Source of the DNA: an uncultured Clostridium sp.
GTDB taxonomy: Bacteria; Bacillota; Clostridia; Christensenellales; CAG-138
Direction: 5' to 3'
Length of the DNA: 64,000 bases
Assembly: GCA_964487565.1 (NCBI GenBank)
Contig: CAZARN010000001.1
Span: 93,536-157,535, forward strand
A program made the translations under genes and the position numbers. This document shows positions 54,756 to 64,000 of this stretch, piece after piece. How positions within the stretch are numbered: position 1 is the stretch's first letter; each line of letters starts with the position of its first letter. A model generated the notes under the pieces. The model saw only the letters and a list, made by a program, of their open reading frames with translations. It was not told the DNA's origin and did no database searches.

Positions 54756-55958
54756 TCAGTCTTTGATGAGCCAGATCTCGTCCTGGAGCGTGCTGAGTAT
54801 TTCGCCTTCTTCGCGGCCGACGGCCACGACCTCTTCACGGCACACGCGGCCGCAGCTCGTGAGGATCGCCGGCTCAAGCGTGAAGGTCATGCCCTCGAGC
54901 AGGGTCGCGTCGATATCGGGTTCGCAGCGGGAGGTGCCGGGCGACAGTACGCCGTCATGCGCATAGTAGCCTATCTCGTGACCGAAACCGCCGTTCCTTT
55001 CGGGATAGCCGTTTTTCACGAACACCTCGTTCGCGTATTTGAGTATGTCGCCGGACTTGACGCCCGCCTTCATGTGCTTGGCAAGCGCGTTGTTCACTTC
55101 CCTTATCGTGTTGAATGCATGAACGACCTCTTCGGGCGGTTCTGTTTCGCCCTTGCGCAGTGCGTAGAAGGTGCGCTGATTGTCGCTTGAGGCGCCGTTT
55201 ACGATTATGCCGAAGTCAACGTTCACGACGTCGCCAGGCTCTATGAAAACATCCTCCGGCGGGCGCTTGCACAGGTATGACGAGCGCGTGCCGACGGAAT
55301 CGAACGGATTGCCGTATTTTGACCAGGAATAGCCGAAGCCCTTGCGGTCTGCAATGCCCTGGAAAAGACGCTGTATATCCATTCCGCTCATGTGCATCTT
55401 CATCTGCGGACGCGCTTCCTCATATATCCTCATCGATTCCTGCACGGCGTTGCGTATGAGGGCGACCTCCATGGGACTGCGGTTCGCGCGCAGATATTTC
55501 ATGAGGTTCTGGCTTGAAAGGATCTCGCCCTTGAAGCCCGCCGCGTCGAACGCGCGCGTGAGCACCTTGTGAAGGGTGAAGGAAAGCCCGTCGGACGTGA
55601 CGTCCTTGTCGGAATAATTGAGCGCTATGCGCCGCGGGGCAAGCTCGCGGATCTTTTCGGCGACGATGGCGGCTATGCCGTCATAACCATCGGTGTTGGT
55701 GATGACTTCGCTGAAAAGGCCCATGCTCTGTATCTCTTCGATTTCAAGCGGAGCGTTGACGGCGATCGTCCTGCCGGATTTTGTGAGTATCACGGCCACG
55801 GGGCCGCCCATTTCAAACGTGAGGAGGTAGTTGAGCATGGGCTCGCCCTTGTGCAGCAGATCGCGCCCGACGGCGATCCACATGTCAACATCCTGTTCCC
55901 GCATTGCCTTTATGCCGCGGTCAAGCCTTTCGGCGCGTATAAGCATCATTTTATCCAT
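54756..55958 (-). CDS. M24 family metallopeptidase (Xaa-Pro dipeptidase/creatinase-like)
   Basis: The 400-aa product has a creatinase-type N-terminal domain and a pita-bread C-terminal domain with metal ligands (D..D..H..E..E context). Confidence 0.7.
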   Translation of the reverse strand: MDKMMLIRAERLDRGIKAMREQDVDMWIAVGRDLLHKGEPMLNYLLTFEMGGPVAVILTKSGRTIAVNAPLEIEEIQSMGLFSEVITNTDGYDGIAAIVAEKIRELAPRRIALNYSDKDVTSDGLSFTLHKVLTRAFDAAGFKGEILSSQNLMKYLRANRSPMEVALIRNAVQESMRIYEEARPQMKMHMSGMDIQRLFQGIADRKGFGYSWSKYGNPFDSVGTRSSYLCKRPPEDVFIEPGDVVNVDFGIIVNGASSDNQRTFYALRKGETEPPEEVVHAFNTIREVNNALAKHMKAGVKSGDILKYANEVFVKNGYPERNGGFGHEIGYYAHDGVLSPGTSRCEPDIDATLLEGMTFTLEPAILTSCGRVCREEVVAVGREEGEILSTLQDEIWLIKD

Positions 55959-55962
55959 TGTA

Positions 55963-56940
55963 TTATATTTCTCCTTTCGGTTTCATCGCTTTGCTGCAAG
56001 AGGTCATATGCCCGGGGTTAATTTCAAAAAGCTCCATCGTGCTGTTGCTGCACTCGGCGGATGCGTATTTACAGCGGTTCATGAACGAGCAGCCCTTGGG
56101 AAGATCGATGGGGCTGGGCATTTCACCTGTAAGGCGGACATGCTGCTTGCGCGCCTCGATCTCCGGATCGGGTATCGGGATCGCCGAAAGCAGAAACTCC
56201 GTGTAAGGATGGCAGGGATTGGCGTAAAGCTCGCTTGAATCCGTTATTTCAACGATCTTGCCGAGATACATCACGGCGACCCTGTCCGAAATATATTTTA
56301 CCATGGAAAGGTCGTGCGCGATGAAAAGATATGTCAGATTGAGCTTTTTCTGCAACTCCTTAAAAAGGTTCACGATCTGCGCCTGTATGGATACGTCGAG
56401 CGCGGATATCGGTTCATCGCAGACTATGAACTCCGGATTGAGCGCAAGGGAGCGCGCAATGCCTACCCTCTGCCGCTGACCGCCTGAAAACTCATGCGGG
56501 AAACGGCTTGCATGCTCGCTGTTGAGGCCGACCGTTTCAAGAAGCTCGATCACGCGGTCATGCCGCTGCTGCGGGGTGCCGATGGAATGTATCTCCATGC
56601 CTTCGGCGATTATCTCGGCCACGGTCATGCGCGGGTCGAGCGAGGAATACGGGTCCTGAAATATCATCTGCGCGCGGCGCGAAAAATCCTTGAGCTTCGC
56701 CTTGTCGTGCGCGTCGACGACCTCGCCGTCGAACACGATCCTGCCGCTCGTCGCGGGATAAAGCTGCTTCACCGTGCGCCCGAGGGTCGTCTTGCCGCAG
56801 CCTGACTCGCCCACAAGGCCGAGTATCTCGCCCTTCTTCACGTTGAAGGAAACGTTGTCAACGGCCTTGAGCACGCTGCCTGCGCCGATGTTGAAGTATT
56901 TGCAGAGGTTTTCGACCTCAAGCATATAGGCGTTGTTCAT
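55963..56940 (-). CDS. Oligopeptide/dipeptide-type ABC transporter ATP-binding protein (OppF-like)
   Basis: The product has Walker A (GESGCGKTT), the signature [15 protein letters not shown] and a C-terminal oligopeptide-transporter domain with Cys residues. Confidence 0.8.
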   Translation of the reverse strand: MNNAYMLEVENLCKYFNIGAGSVLKAVDNVSFNVKKGEILGLVGESGCGKTTLGRTVKQLYPATSGRIVFDGEVVDAHDKAKLKDFSRRAQMIFQDPYSSLDPRMTVAEIIAEGMEIHSIGTPQQRHDRVIELLETVGLNSEHASRFPHEFSGGQRQRVGIARSLALNPEFIVCDEPISALDVSIQAQIVNLFKELQKKLNLTYLFIAHDLSMVKYISDRVAVMYLGKIVEITDSSELYANPCHPYTEFLLSAIPIPDPEIEARKQHVRLTGEMPSPIDLPKGCSFMNRCKYASAECSNSTMELFEINPGHMTSCSKAMKPKGEI

Positions 56941-57992
56941 GACTTGACCTCCGTGCTGCGCACCGCGTAATCGGCCTCGAATTTTGCCCTGGAGGCGGCT
57001 GCGCGTTCGTCATAAAGGTGACAGTAGTATCTGTGCGCCTCGTCCGCACCGCGGTTTTCAGGCATTTCACCGTAACATATGCGCATGGAATACCTGCATC
57101 TCGGGGCGAAGGGGCAGCCGGCGGGCGGCGCCGTCATATCCGGCGGGGAGCCCACGATGTATTCGAGGGGCTTGTGCGAGTCCACGTCGAGCCTTGGCAC
57201 GGCGGCGAGCAGGCTGCGCGTGTACGGATGCTTCGCGTCCTTGAATATCTCAAGCGCGGAGCCTGTTTCGACGATTTTGCCGCCGTACATCACGATCACG
57301 CGCTCCGCCATGTTGGCGACGATGCCCATGTCGTGCGTTATGAGTATGATGGACATGCCAGTGTTCTCGTTTATCTCGCGAAGGGTGCCGAGTATCTGGG
57401 ACTGGATCGTCACGTCGAGCGCGGTCGTCGGTTCATCCGCCACAAGCAGCTTGGGCTGCATCGCGATGGCGATGGCGATCATTACCCTTTGGCGCATGCC
57501 GCCAGAAAGCTCGTGCGGATATTGGCGCATACGCTTTTCGGGGTTGGGTATGCCGGCGTTGCGCAGAAGATCCACGGCCTTTTGGTAAGCTTCGCTTTTG
57601 TTGAGCCTGCTGTGGGCAAGGATGCCCTCCATCACCTGGGAGCCGATCTTTATCGTGGGGTTGAGGCTCGTCATGGGGTCCTGGAAAATATAAGCTATCT
57701 CCGCACCCTTGAGCTTGCGAAGCTGTTTGAAATCGTACTTTGAAATATCCTTTCCTTCAAACCGGACGGAGCCGCTTTTTATCACGGCTGGGGGTTGGGG
57801 AAGAAGCTTGACGAGCGATTGAGTCATCACGCTTTTTCCGCTGCCGGACTCGCCGACGATCGCGATTATCTCGTTGCGCTTGAGCTCAAAGCTCACGCCG
57901 CGCACGGCCTGGACTTCGCCCGCATAGGTCATGAAGGAAACGCTGAAATCCTCAACTTCGAGTATGTTGTCTTTTGGTGTATTGTTTGTCAT
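56937..57992 (-). CDS. Oligopeptide/dipeptide-type ABC transporter ATP-binding protein (OppD-like)
   Basis: The product has Walker A (GESGSGKS), the signature LSGGMRQRVMIAIAIA and Walker B (LLVADEPTTALD). Confidence 0.8.
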   Translation of the reverse strand: MTNNTPKDNILEVEDFSVSFMTYAGEVQAVRGVSFELKRNEIIAIVGESGSGKSVMTQSLVKLLPQPPAVIKSGSVRFEGKDISKYDFKQLRKLKGAEIAYIFQDPMTSLNPTIKIGSQVMEGILAHSRLNKSEAYQKAVDLLRNAGIPNPEKRMRQYPHELSGGMRQRVMIAIAIAMQPKLLVADEPTTALDVTIQSQILGTLREINENTGMSIILITHDMGIVANMAERVIVMYGGKIVETGSALEIFKDAKHPYTRSLLAAVPRLDVDSHKPLEYIVGSPPDMTAPPAGCPFAPRCRYSMRICYGEMPENRGADEAHRYYCHLYDERAAASRAKFEADYAVRSTEVKS

Positions 57993-58008
57993 ATCGTCCT
58001 CCTCCGTT

Positions 58009-58965
58009 TCAGCGGCGCAGTTTCGGATCGAGCGCGTCGCGAAGGCCGTCCCCGATGAGCTGAAGCGAAAGCATGGTTAGGCTTATGCACACGCAGGGGA
58101 TGAGAAGGCGCAGCGGATAAGTGTAGATCTGCTTCATGCCCATGCTCACAAGCAGGCCCCATGAGGTCTGCGGCGACTTTATGCCTATGCCGATGAAGCT
58201 CAGGAACGCTTCCGAAAATATCGCGCCCGGTATTGCGAAGGTCATGTTGACGATTATCACGCCCATCATATTGGGGATCATATGCTTGAAAACGATCCGC
58301 TTCCCCTCGGAGCCGAGGGAGACCGCCGCCAGCACATAGTCCTCGTTTTTGAGCGAGAGTATCTGGCCGCGCACGAGGCGCGCCATCGAAAGCCAGCCCG
58401 TAAGGGTAAGTGCGAGTATCATCGGCAGTATGCCGGAGCCTGTCACCATCATGAGCAGCGTCACCCACACAAGATAGGGGAACGCGGTCATGAAATCGAC
58501 GATGCGCATGATAAGGTTATCGACCTTGCCGCCGACGAAGCCCGCGATGCTGCCCATGATTATGCCGATGGTGCCTTGCAGCAGCGCCGCGATGACGCCG
58601 ATGATTATCGATATGCGGCCGCCCGTCCATACCCTTGCCCACATGTCGCGTCCAAGCTCGTCCGTGCCGAACCAGTGCGCGTTCGAAGGCGACTGGTTCG
58701 CCTCCGTCATGCTGACAGCGTCATAATTATAGCCGCCAAACAGCGGGCCTATAAAAGACATGGCCACGAATATCGCGAGCAATATCATGCCCAGCACAGC
58801 CGCCCTGTTCTGCTTGAAGCGGCGGGAGGCGTCCTGAAGATAGGTGAGGCTCTTACGTTTTATCTTTTCCGCCTCGTCGACGCTTGGGCCGACATGGGCG
58901 AAAAGCTCGTTCTCATCGCATTTGCTCTGAGCCGGAGTTATTGTTTCCATCGCTTTATCCTCCAT
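58009..58965 (-). CDS. ABC transporter permease (OppC-like)
   Basis: The 318-aa product has six TM segments and a BPD_transp_1 EAA-loop region. Confidence 0.8.
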   Translation of the reverse strand: MEDKAMETITPAQSKCDENELFAHVGPSVDEAEKIKRKSLTYLQDASRRFKQNRAAVLGMILLAIFVAMSFIGPLFGGYNYDAVSMTEANQSPSNAHWFGTDELGRDMWARVWTGGRISIIIGVIAALLQGTIGIIMGSIAGFVGGKVDNLIMRIVDFMTAFPYLVWVTLLMMVTGSGILPMILALTLTGWLSMARLVRGQILSLKNEDYVLAAVSLGSEGKRIVFKHMIPNMMGVIIVNMTFAIPGAIFSEAFLSFIGIGIKSPQTSWGLLVSMGMKQIYTYPLRLLIPCVCISLTMLSLQLIGDGLRDALDPKLRR

Positions 58966-58974
58966 CTCTCAAAG

Positions 58975-59895
58975 TTACTCAAGCCTGATGCGCGGGTCAA
59001 TGAGGGCGTATACGATATCAACGACAAGGTTCATGAACACGAGGATGACCGCGAAGAAGATCGTAAGCCCGGTTATAAGCGTATAATCAAGGTTCTGCAC
59101 GCTTGTCACATAATGCCTGCCGAGGCCGGGTATGCCGAACACGTTTTCAACGACGAACGTGCCAGTGATGACGCTTGCAACGATGGGGCCGAGCAGAGTG
59201 ACCACCGGCATAAGCGCGTTCCTCAACTGGTGAACAAATATTATGCGGAACTTGGAAAGTCCCTTTGAATCGGCGGTTTTCACAAAATCCGAGGATATGA
59301 CCTCGAGCATGCTCGAGCGCGTGTATTTTGCGATCGTCGCAAGCATACCGAGGCCGAGCGCGAAGGTGGGCAGCACCGTGTGCAGCACGCTTTCATACTG
59401 CGCGACGGGGAACCATTGCAGCTTCACGGCAAAAAGATACTGTATGAAAAAACCGATGATAAACGACGGCACGGAAGTGCCTATGATCGCGATTATCATG
59501 GTGAGGGTATCCATCGCACGGCCGCGCTTGTAAGCTGCGATTATACCGAGCAGTATGCCCATCGTGAGCGCGAAGGCGATGGCCCTTATACCAAGATCGA
59601 GCGAATACGGGAAAGCCGTCGCGATTATCTGGTTGACGGATATCGCCCTGATCTTGTATGACGTGCCGAGATCGCCCTTGAGCAGATTGCCCATATATAT
59701 GAAGTATTGCTGATATACCGGTTTGTCAAGTCCGTAATAGGCATAGATGGCTTCCTTGTTGCCGGCCTGCATCTTTTCGCTGGTGAAAGGGCTTCCGGGG
59801 ATGAGCTTCACCATAAAGAATGTCACCGTAACGAGGATAAAGAGCATTATTATTGATGTTACGACTCTTTTTAAGATATATTTGAGTAATTTCAT
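58975..59895 (-). CDS. ABC transporter permease (OppB-like)
   Basis: The 306-aa product has six TM segments and the BPD_transp_1 family fold. Confidence 0.8.
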   Translation of the reverse strand: MKLLKYILKRVVTSIIMLFILVTVTFFMVKLIPGSPFTSEKMQAGNKEAIYAYYGLDKPVYQQYFIYMGNLLKGDLGTSYKIRAISVNQIIATAFPYSLDLGIRAIAFALTMGILLGIIAAYKRGRAMDTLTMIIAIIGTSVPSFIIGFFIQYLFAVKLQWFPVAQYESVLHTVLPTFALGLGMLATIAKYTRSSMLEVISSDFVKTADSKGLSKFRIIFVHQLRNALMPVVTLLGPIVASVITGTFVVENVFGIPGLGRHYVTSVQNLDYTLITGLTIFFAVILVFMNLVVDIVYALIDPRIRLE

Positions 59896-59982
59896 GTTTC
59901 CTCCGATCGGAACCTATATGGCCGGGGCCGTCCGTTTTGCCGGACGGCCCCCGGTTCATTGCGAATGCTTCGGGAAACCGTG

Positions 59983-61710
59983 TCAGCCTATTGTGGCGTA
60001 ACGGAAATCAAAGCGTGCGCCGAAGGTGTTGATGCTCACATTGTTGATGTTGCCGGAGAGAACGAGCGCGCCGCGGGACATGTAAAGCGGGATGATCGGC
60101 GCTTCGGTAAGCAGGATCTTCTCGGCCTGTGAGAACATGTCGTTGCGCTTTGCAAAGTCGGATTCCTTGTTGGCAGCGGTGATAAGCTCGTTGTATTCAT
60201 CGCTGGACCAGCCGGTCTTGTTCCAGCCGCCGCGGCTGTCCCACATATCAAGATAGGTGAACGGATCGTCATAATCCGGGCCCCAGCCAGTGCGGGCGAT
60301 GTCATAGGGCTGATTGTAGAGATTCTCCCAGTACTGGGCGAACTCAAGCTGACGGATCTCGATGTTGAGACCGAAGGCGTCCTTCCAGATGCTCTGGAAA
60401 TACTCGGACAGGGTGCGCTGCTGTTCGCCTGTGGTGGTGAAGAAGTCGAGCGCAGGCATATCGGCTGCCGAAGCGTAGCCGAGCTCCTCGCACGCGGCCT
60501 GCATATAGGCCTTCGCCGCTTCGAGGTCGGCCGTGGTCTTGTGATAAACGTCGGTCACGTCATACTCGGCATGGTCGCCCCACTTGCCGCCAAGCTCGTC
60601 GGAGATGGCGGGGTTGATGACGCCCGTGAACGGGGAGTTGGTGGGGAACATCGCGTCGACAAGCGCCTGACGGTCGATGGCCGCGGACAGGGCGTTGACG
60701 AAGTTGCGGTTCTGGGTGATCTTCGCGGTCTCTTCGCTTGCGCCGTTGAAGCTCAGGCACATGAAGGTGACGCCGCCGCTCACAAAGTACTGGAAGTCGG
60801 GTGAGCTTTCGTAGGCGGGGATCATGTCGGAATCGAGCTGCATGAAGTAGATTTCGCCGGTGTCATACATGTTCTTCATGGTGTTCGTGTCGGCGACGAG
60901 AAGCAGCGTGACCTCTTCGAGGGTGATCGCGTCCGCATTCCAGTAATCGGGATTCTTCACGAAGACCATACGGTCGTTATGCGCCCACTCCTTGAGCAGG
61001 AACGGCCCGTTGCAGACGAACTTGTCCGCGTCGGAACCGTAAGCGGTGCCGAGTTCGTTGGCAAGATCGTTGCGGATGGGGTACATCGCGGAAGAGGCAA
61101 AAAGCGTTACCATGAACGGATATGCGGCTTCAAGTGTGATGACGAGGGTCTTGTCGTCAACGACCTCGACGCCAAGCTCGGAAACATCCATCTCGCCGGC
61201 GTTGATGGGCTGTGCGTTCTTGATCGGGAAGATCAGGTAGGCGAGGTCCATTGCATCCTGCCTGGTGAGCATACGCTTGTAAGTGTCGGCAAAATCGGAA
61301 GCGGTGACTTCCTTGCCGTCAGACCACTTCGCATCGCGCAGATGGAAGGTGTAGACGGTGCCGTCGTCTGAAACCTCATAAGTTTCGGCCATGCCCGGGG
61401 CGATCTCGCCGTTGACAACGTTGAGCAGACCTTCAAAGGCCAGCATCAGAGCGGTCGCGGTGTTGGAATCGTTGCCGACATGGGGATCCATGGAGATGGG
61501 CTCCGTGGAAAGGGCAACCTTGAGGCTGGTTGCAGCGGGTTCTTCAACGGCGGTGCCTTCGCCGGTGCCGGCCTCAGTGGCAGCGGGCTCGGCGGAAGGG
61601 GCTTCTGTTGCAACGGGTGACTCTGCTGTCTGCTGTCCGGGGACGGAGCAGCCGGCAACAACGGCCGCCAGCATCATGGCAGCCATGACGATTGCAAGCA
61701 AACGTTTCAT
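59983..61710 (-). CDS. ABC transporter substrate-binding lipoprotein, family 5 (OppA/DppA-like)
   Basis: The ATG at 61710 has a GGAGGA Shine-Dalgarno sequence. The lipoprotein signal is MKRLLAIVMAAMMLAAVVAGC. The mature protein is about 550 aa and belongs to solute-binding protein family 5. Confidence 0.8.
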   Translation of the reverse strand: MKRLLAIVMAAMMLAAVVAGCSVPGQQTAESPVATEAPSAEPAATEAGTGEGTAVEEPAATSLKVALSTEPISMDPHVGNDSNTATALMLAFEGLLNVVNGEIAPGMAETYEVSDDGTVYTFHLRDAKWSDGKEVTASDFADTYKRMLTRQDAMDLAYLIFPIKNAQPINAGEMDVSELGVEVVDDKTLVITLEAAYPFMVTLFASSAMYPIRNDLANELGTAYGSDADKFVCNGPFLLKEWAHNDRMVFVKNPDYWNADAITLEEVTLLLVADTNTMKNMYDTGEIYFMQLDSDMIPAYESSPDFQYFVSGGVTFMCLSFNGASEETAKITQNRNFVNALSAAIDRQALVDAMFPTNSPFTGVINPAISDELGGKWGDHAEYDVTDVYHKTTADLEAAKAYMQAACEELGYASAADMPALDFFTTTGEQQRTLSEYFQSIWKDAFGLNIEIRQLEFAQYWENLYNQPYDIARTGWGPDYDDPFTYLDMWDSRGGWNKTGWSSDEYNELITAANKESDFAKRNDMFSQAEKILLTEAPIIPLYMSRGALVLSGNINNVSINTFGARFDFRYATIG

Positions 61711-61783
61711 GATATCCTCCTTGATTTTTATATATCGGATGCTGTTCGCATCCGAAAAGATAACGTCGGAAATGCGCCGCGCC

Positions 61784-62788
61784 TCAACCGTGACTTGCGC
61801 GGAGCACAAGCTCCGTGCCGAGCGTCATGCGCTCCTCGCTGTCCATGCCGGAGAGCTTGCGCATCACCATTTCGGCGGCGACATATCCCATCTGATAGGA
61901 TTGCTGCTTGACGGTGGTGAGCGGCGGCGTGATGAGATCCATCCAGTCAAAATTATCGTAACCTATGACGGATATCCTGTCCGGTATCGAAATGCCTTCG
62001 TTTTTAAGCTCGTTGACTGCGCCCATGGTGAGGGTGTTGTCCGAAATGAAAAGCGCGTCTATGCCGCTTTTGATGAGCGAACGCGCACATTCGGCGCCTC
62101 TTCCCATCGAATACGCCTCGGTGAGCTGGGCATATTCGTCGCCGTATGTGAAGCCGGCGTCCGCCAGGGCGCGTTTGTAGCCGTTGTAACGCTCAAGTCC
62201 GGAGGAAACGTTGAGGTTGCCGCCGATGAAGCCGATCGTTTTGCGGCCCTGCGAGGCGAGCAGCGAAACCGCGTCATACGAGCCTTTTTCGTTGTCCGAT
62301 CCGACATAGCTGAAGCCGCCGCCGTCCACCTTGCGGTCAACGAGCACAAACGGCACGCCCATGGAGCGAAGCACTTCGATCTGGGCGCTGTCCTTGCTGG
62401 AGGGGACGAAAAGCACCGCGTCCACCCATTGCTTCTGGCAGACCTTGAGCGCGCGCAGGCTCTTTTCCTGATCGCCACAGAGACCGTAGTTGGAAACGAT
62501 GACGTCATAGCCGGTTTCAAGCAGCTTTTTTCTTATCCCGAGCAGTATGTCCATATAGAAGAAGTTCGCGTTCGTGTTGCCTTCCTCGGTTGGGATAACA
62601 AATGCGATGGTGTTGGATTTTTGCGTTTTCAGGAACTGCGCGGCAAGATTCGGGCGATAGCTTATGGATTTTGCGGCCTCCAGCACCTTCCTGCGGTTTT
62701 CTTCGGACACAGGCTTGCTTGCATTGATGACGTGCGACACCGTGGCCGTTGACAGGCCTGTCATTTCAGCGATCTTCTTGATGCTCAT
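61784..62788 (-). CDS. LacI family transcriptional regulator
   Basis: The product has an N-terminal HTH (MSIKKIAEMTGLSTATVSHVINASKPVSEENRRKV) and a periplasmic-binding-protein-like sugar-binding core. Confidence 0.85.
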   Translation of the reverse strand: MSIKKIAEMTGLSTATVSHVINASKPVSEENRRKVLEAAKSISYRPNLAAQFLKTQKSNTIAFVIPTEEGNTNANFFYMDILLGIRKKLLETGYDVIVSNYGLCGDQEKSLRALKVCQKQWVDAVLFVPSSKDSAQIEVLRSMGVPFVLVDRKVDGGGFSYVGSDNEKGSYDAVSLLASQGRKTIGFIGGNLNVSSGLERYNGYKRALADAGFTYGDEYAQLTEAYSMGRGAECARSLIKSGIDALFISDNTLTMGAVNELKNEGISIPDRISVIGYDNFDWMDLITPPLTTVKQQSYQMGYVAAEMVMRKLSGMDSEERMTLGTELVLRASHG

Positions 62789-62855
62789 TTCAGCACAGCT
62801 CCTCTTTTAAATTATATTTTGCACACGGGCGTCCCCCTCGCGGGCGCGTCGGCGT

Positions 62856-63611
62856 TCAGTCCCTGTTCGCGAGGAAACGGACGATATTGTCCCAAAGCTT
62901 CGGATAGTATTCCCAGCCGTGCATGGCCGCCGGGGCCCAGTGCGGGGCGCAGTCCATCGTGCAGGCAACGGTGCGGCCGCGGCCGTAAGCGCCTGCCGCA
63001 ATGATAGGATCGCCTTCAAACTCAACGAGCACTTTGGCGCCGGGCTTGGGCGTGACCTTGTTGTATCCGAGGATATACGGCCACTGCGCAGGCATACCGT
63101 AAAGTATCGGGTGAGAATCGGGTATGCAGCAAAGATCGGCACCTTCGGGCACCTCAACGCGGTCGTCGCCGTACTGGAGCGTCACGGGCAGTATGCTCTC
63201 TATTGCGGAATCCTTCCATTTGCCCTTCGCATCCATGCCCTGATAGGTAAGATAGCCGCCGATCATGCAAAAGCCGCCGCCCTCGTTCACATAATCCCGC
63301 GTGAGCTTGAGCAGGTTGACGACCCTTGCCCCCGTTTTCACCATGTCGGGCAAAAGCAGGAAGGAGTTGCTGCCGACGTCGCTGAAAAGGATCGCGTCAA
63401 AACGGCGAAGCTCCTCAAGCGTTCTCGGAAAGGCGGAGGAAATGAGATGGCACGGGATATGCGTGACCTTATGGCCGCATTTTTCAAGCGCCTTTATGAG
63501 AATGGCGGCGGATTGATGATAGTTCGTTTCTGAAAAAAGATCGACGCCCTTGTATTCAGTTACCGTTGCAAAACAGGATTCTCCGACAAGAAGTACGGAC
63601 AGCTCTTTCAT
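62856..63611 (-). CDS. Class I glutamine amidotransferase-like (ThuA/DUF1355-like) protein
   Basis: The 251-aa product has a flavodoxin-like fold pattern (VLLVGES..., ILFSDVGSNSF, GGGFCMIGGYLTYQG). The assignment is by general resemblance only. Confidence 0.4.
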   Translation of the reverse strand: MKELSVLLVGESCFATVTEYKGVDLFSETNYHQSAAILIKALEKCGHKVTHIPCHLISSAFPRTLEELRRFDAILFSDVGSNSFLLLPDMVKTGARVVNLLKLTRDYVNEGGGFCMIGGYLTYQGMDAKGKWKDSAIESILPVTLQYGDDRVEVPEGADLCCIPDSHPILYGMPAQWPYILGYNKVTPKPGAKVLVEFEGDPIIAAGAYGRGRTVACTMDCAPHWAPAAMHGWEYYPKLWDNIVRFLANRD

Positions 63612-63649
63612 ATTTTGTTCCGTTCTGCCATGAAGGCTGGTAATATGTG

Positions 63650-63663
63650 GTTAAACGTTTAAC
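63650..63663. promoter_or_regulatory. LacI-family operator-like perfect 14-bp palindrome GTTAAACGTTTAAC
   Basis: It lies 39 bp upstream of the ThuA-like gene start. It has an AACG/CGTT core typical of LacI/CcpA-type operators. Confidence 0.45.
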
Positions 63664-63771
63664 TCAAGGTGAAAAAATAAACGCACGGAATCTGTGCCAG
63701 TTTATCGTGCCGGTTGCTGAGAATTGAAAAACGAAATCTGTTGATTCTTGTGCGTCGTTGACTCAAATAAT

Positions 63772-63785
63772 GTTAAACGTGTAAC
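63772..63785. promoter_or_regulatory. Second LacI-type operator-like site GTTAAACGTGTAAC
   Basis: It has 1 mismatch from the palindrome at 63650..63663 and lies 122 bp from it. Confidence 0.4.
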
Positions 63786-64000
63786 TTGAGCCTATTATAT
63801 TCATTTGGATATGCCGTGTCAATACCGTAATATGTTTTTTTCCGCCGTGCGGTGAAGCGTCAGTTCATTTGTTCGGGCGGCGGTGCGTTTTTGCGCACGG
63901 CGCGGGCAAGCTCACGCGCAAGGCGTGAAACGCCTGATCTGACCGGCGCGCTGAGGCCCGTGCCGGGATCGACGGAAACGGGTTCTATGCCGATATAAGC

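Noticed and set aside
1-64000. CRISPR arrays, rRNA/tRNA genes, transposase or IS elements
   Set aside because: None were found. There are no direct-repeat/spacer periodicity, no tRNA-like cloverleaf regions in the short intergenic gaps, and no transposase ORFs. The only recombinase is the tyrosine recombinase at 18544..19626.
63861-64000. A possible minus-strand partial CDS at the right edge (…PVSVDPGTGLSAPVRSGVSRLARELARAVRKNAPPPEQMN*)
   Set aside because: It is too short, and its frame is ambiguous at the window edge, so no product can be assigned. It is not listed as a feature.

Overview
This 64 kb window is high-GC and gene-dense, and most likely comes from a spore-forming Clostridia chromosome, because it encodes Spo0A, sigma-H and a CotH protein. 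Most of the window is housekeeping and metabolism:

- Exporters and regulators: two heterodimeric-type ABC exporter genes beside a MarR regulator at the left edge, a TetR/flavin-reductase-like pair, and a membrane-anchored XRE regulator with a poly-Asp tail.
- Sporulation and rRNA modification: spo0A, an RlmI-like rRNA methyltransferase, TspO, a DivIC/FtsB-like protein, and the tightly coupled operon mrnC-thyX-rlmB-sigH.
- Fermentation and central metabolism: iorA-iorB-ptb, a class 3 fructose-1,6-bisphosphatase, and an IMPDH-family protein.
- Membrane and stress: two tandem CNNM/CorC paralogs with a nitroreductase, and a YdjI-like SPFH protein ending in three zinc ribbons.
- Glycoside hydrolases and peptidases: a GH13 alpha-glucosidase, uppP, pepV and a GH3 beta-glucosidase.
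- Translation and amino-acid metabolism: serS, argS, a TauE exporter and dsdA.
- A LacI-associated cluster: an Opp-type ABC transporter, an M24 peptidase, a DUF2961/GH172-like protein and a PfkB-kinase–SIS fusion, plus two LacI-type palindromic operators near the right edge.

The strongest candidate for a novel system lies at 17.0–21.2 kb. It is an AT-flanked islet in which a tyrosine recombinase gene sits between two divergently oriented, paralogous (S/P)PXTG cell-wall-anchored surface-protein genes. The two genes have identical 5' ends (95 bp, including the start codon and signal peptide) and near-identical 3' ends (about 218 bp, including the sorting signal and terminator), arranged as nested inverted repeats. 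The only strong promoter and the only Shine-Dalgarno sequence lie inside the 1.4 kb segment bounded by the inner repeats. This is the architecture expected of a recombinase-driven inversion switch that expresses one surface-antigen variant at a time.

A second notable module is a translationally coupled operon of an alpha/beta-hydrolase, a CotH kinase with lamin-tail domains, a VTC polyphosphate-polymerase-like domain protein and a DUF4956 membrane protein, followed by an ABC exporter.

No rRNA, tRNA or CRISPR features were found.
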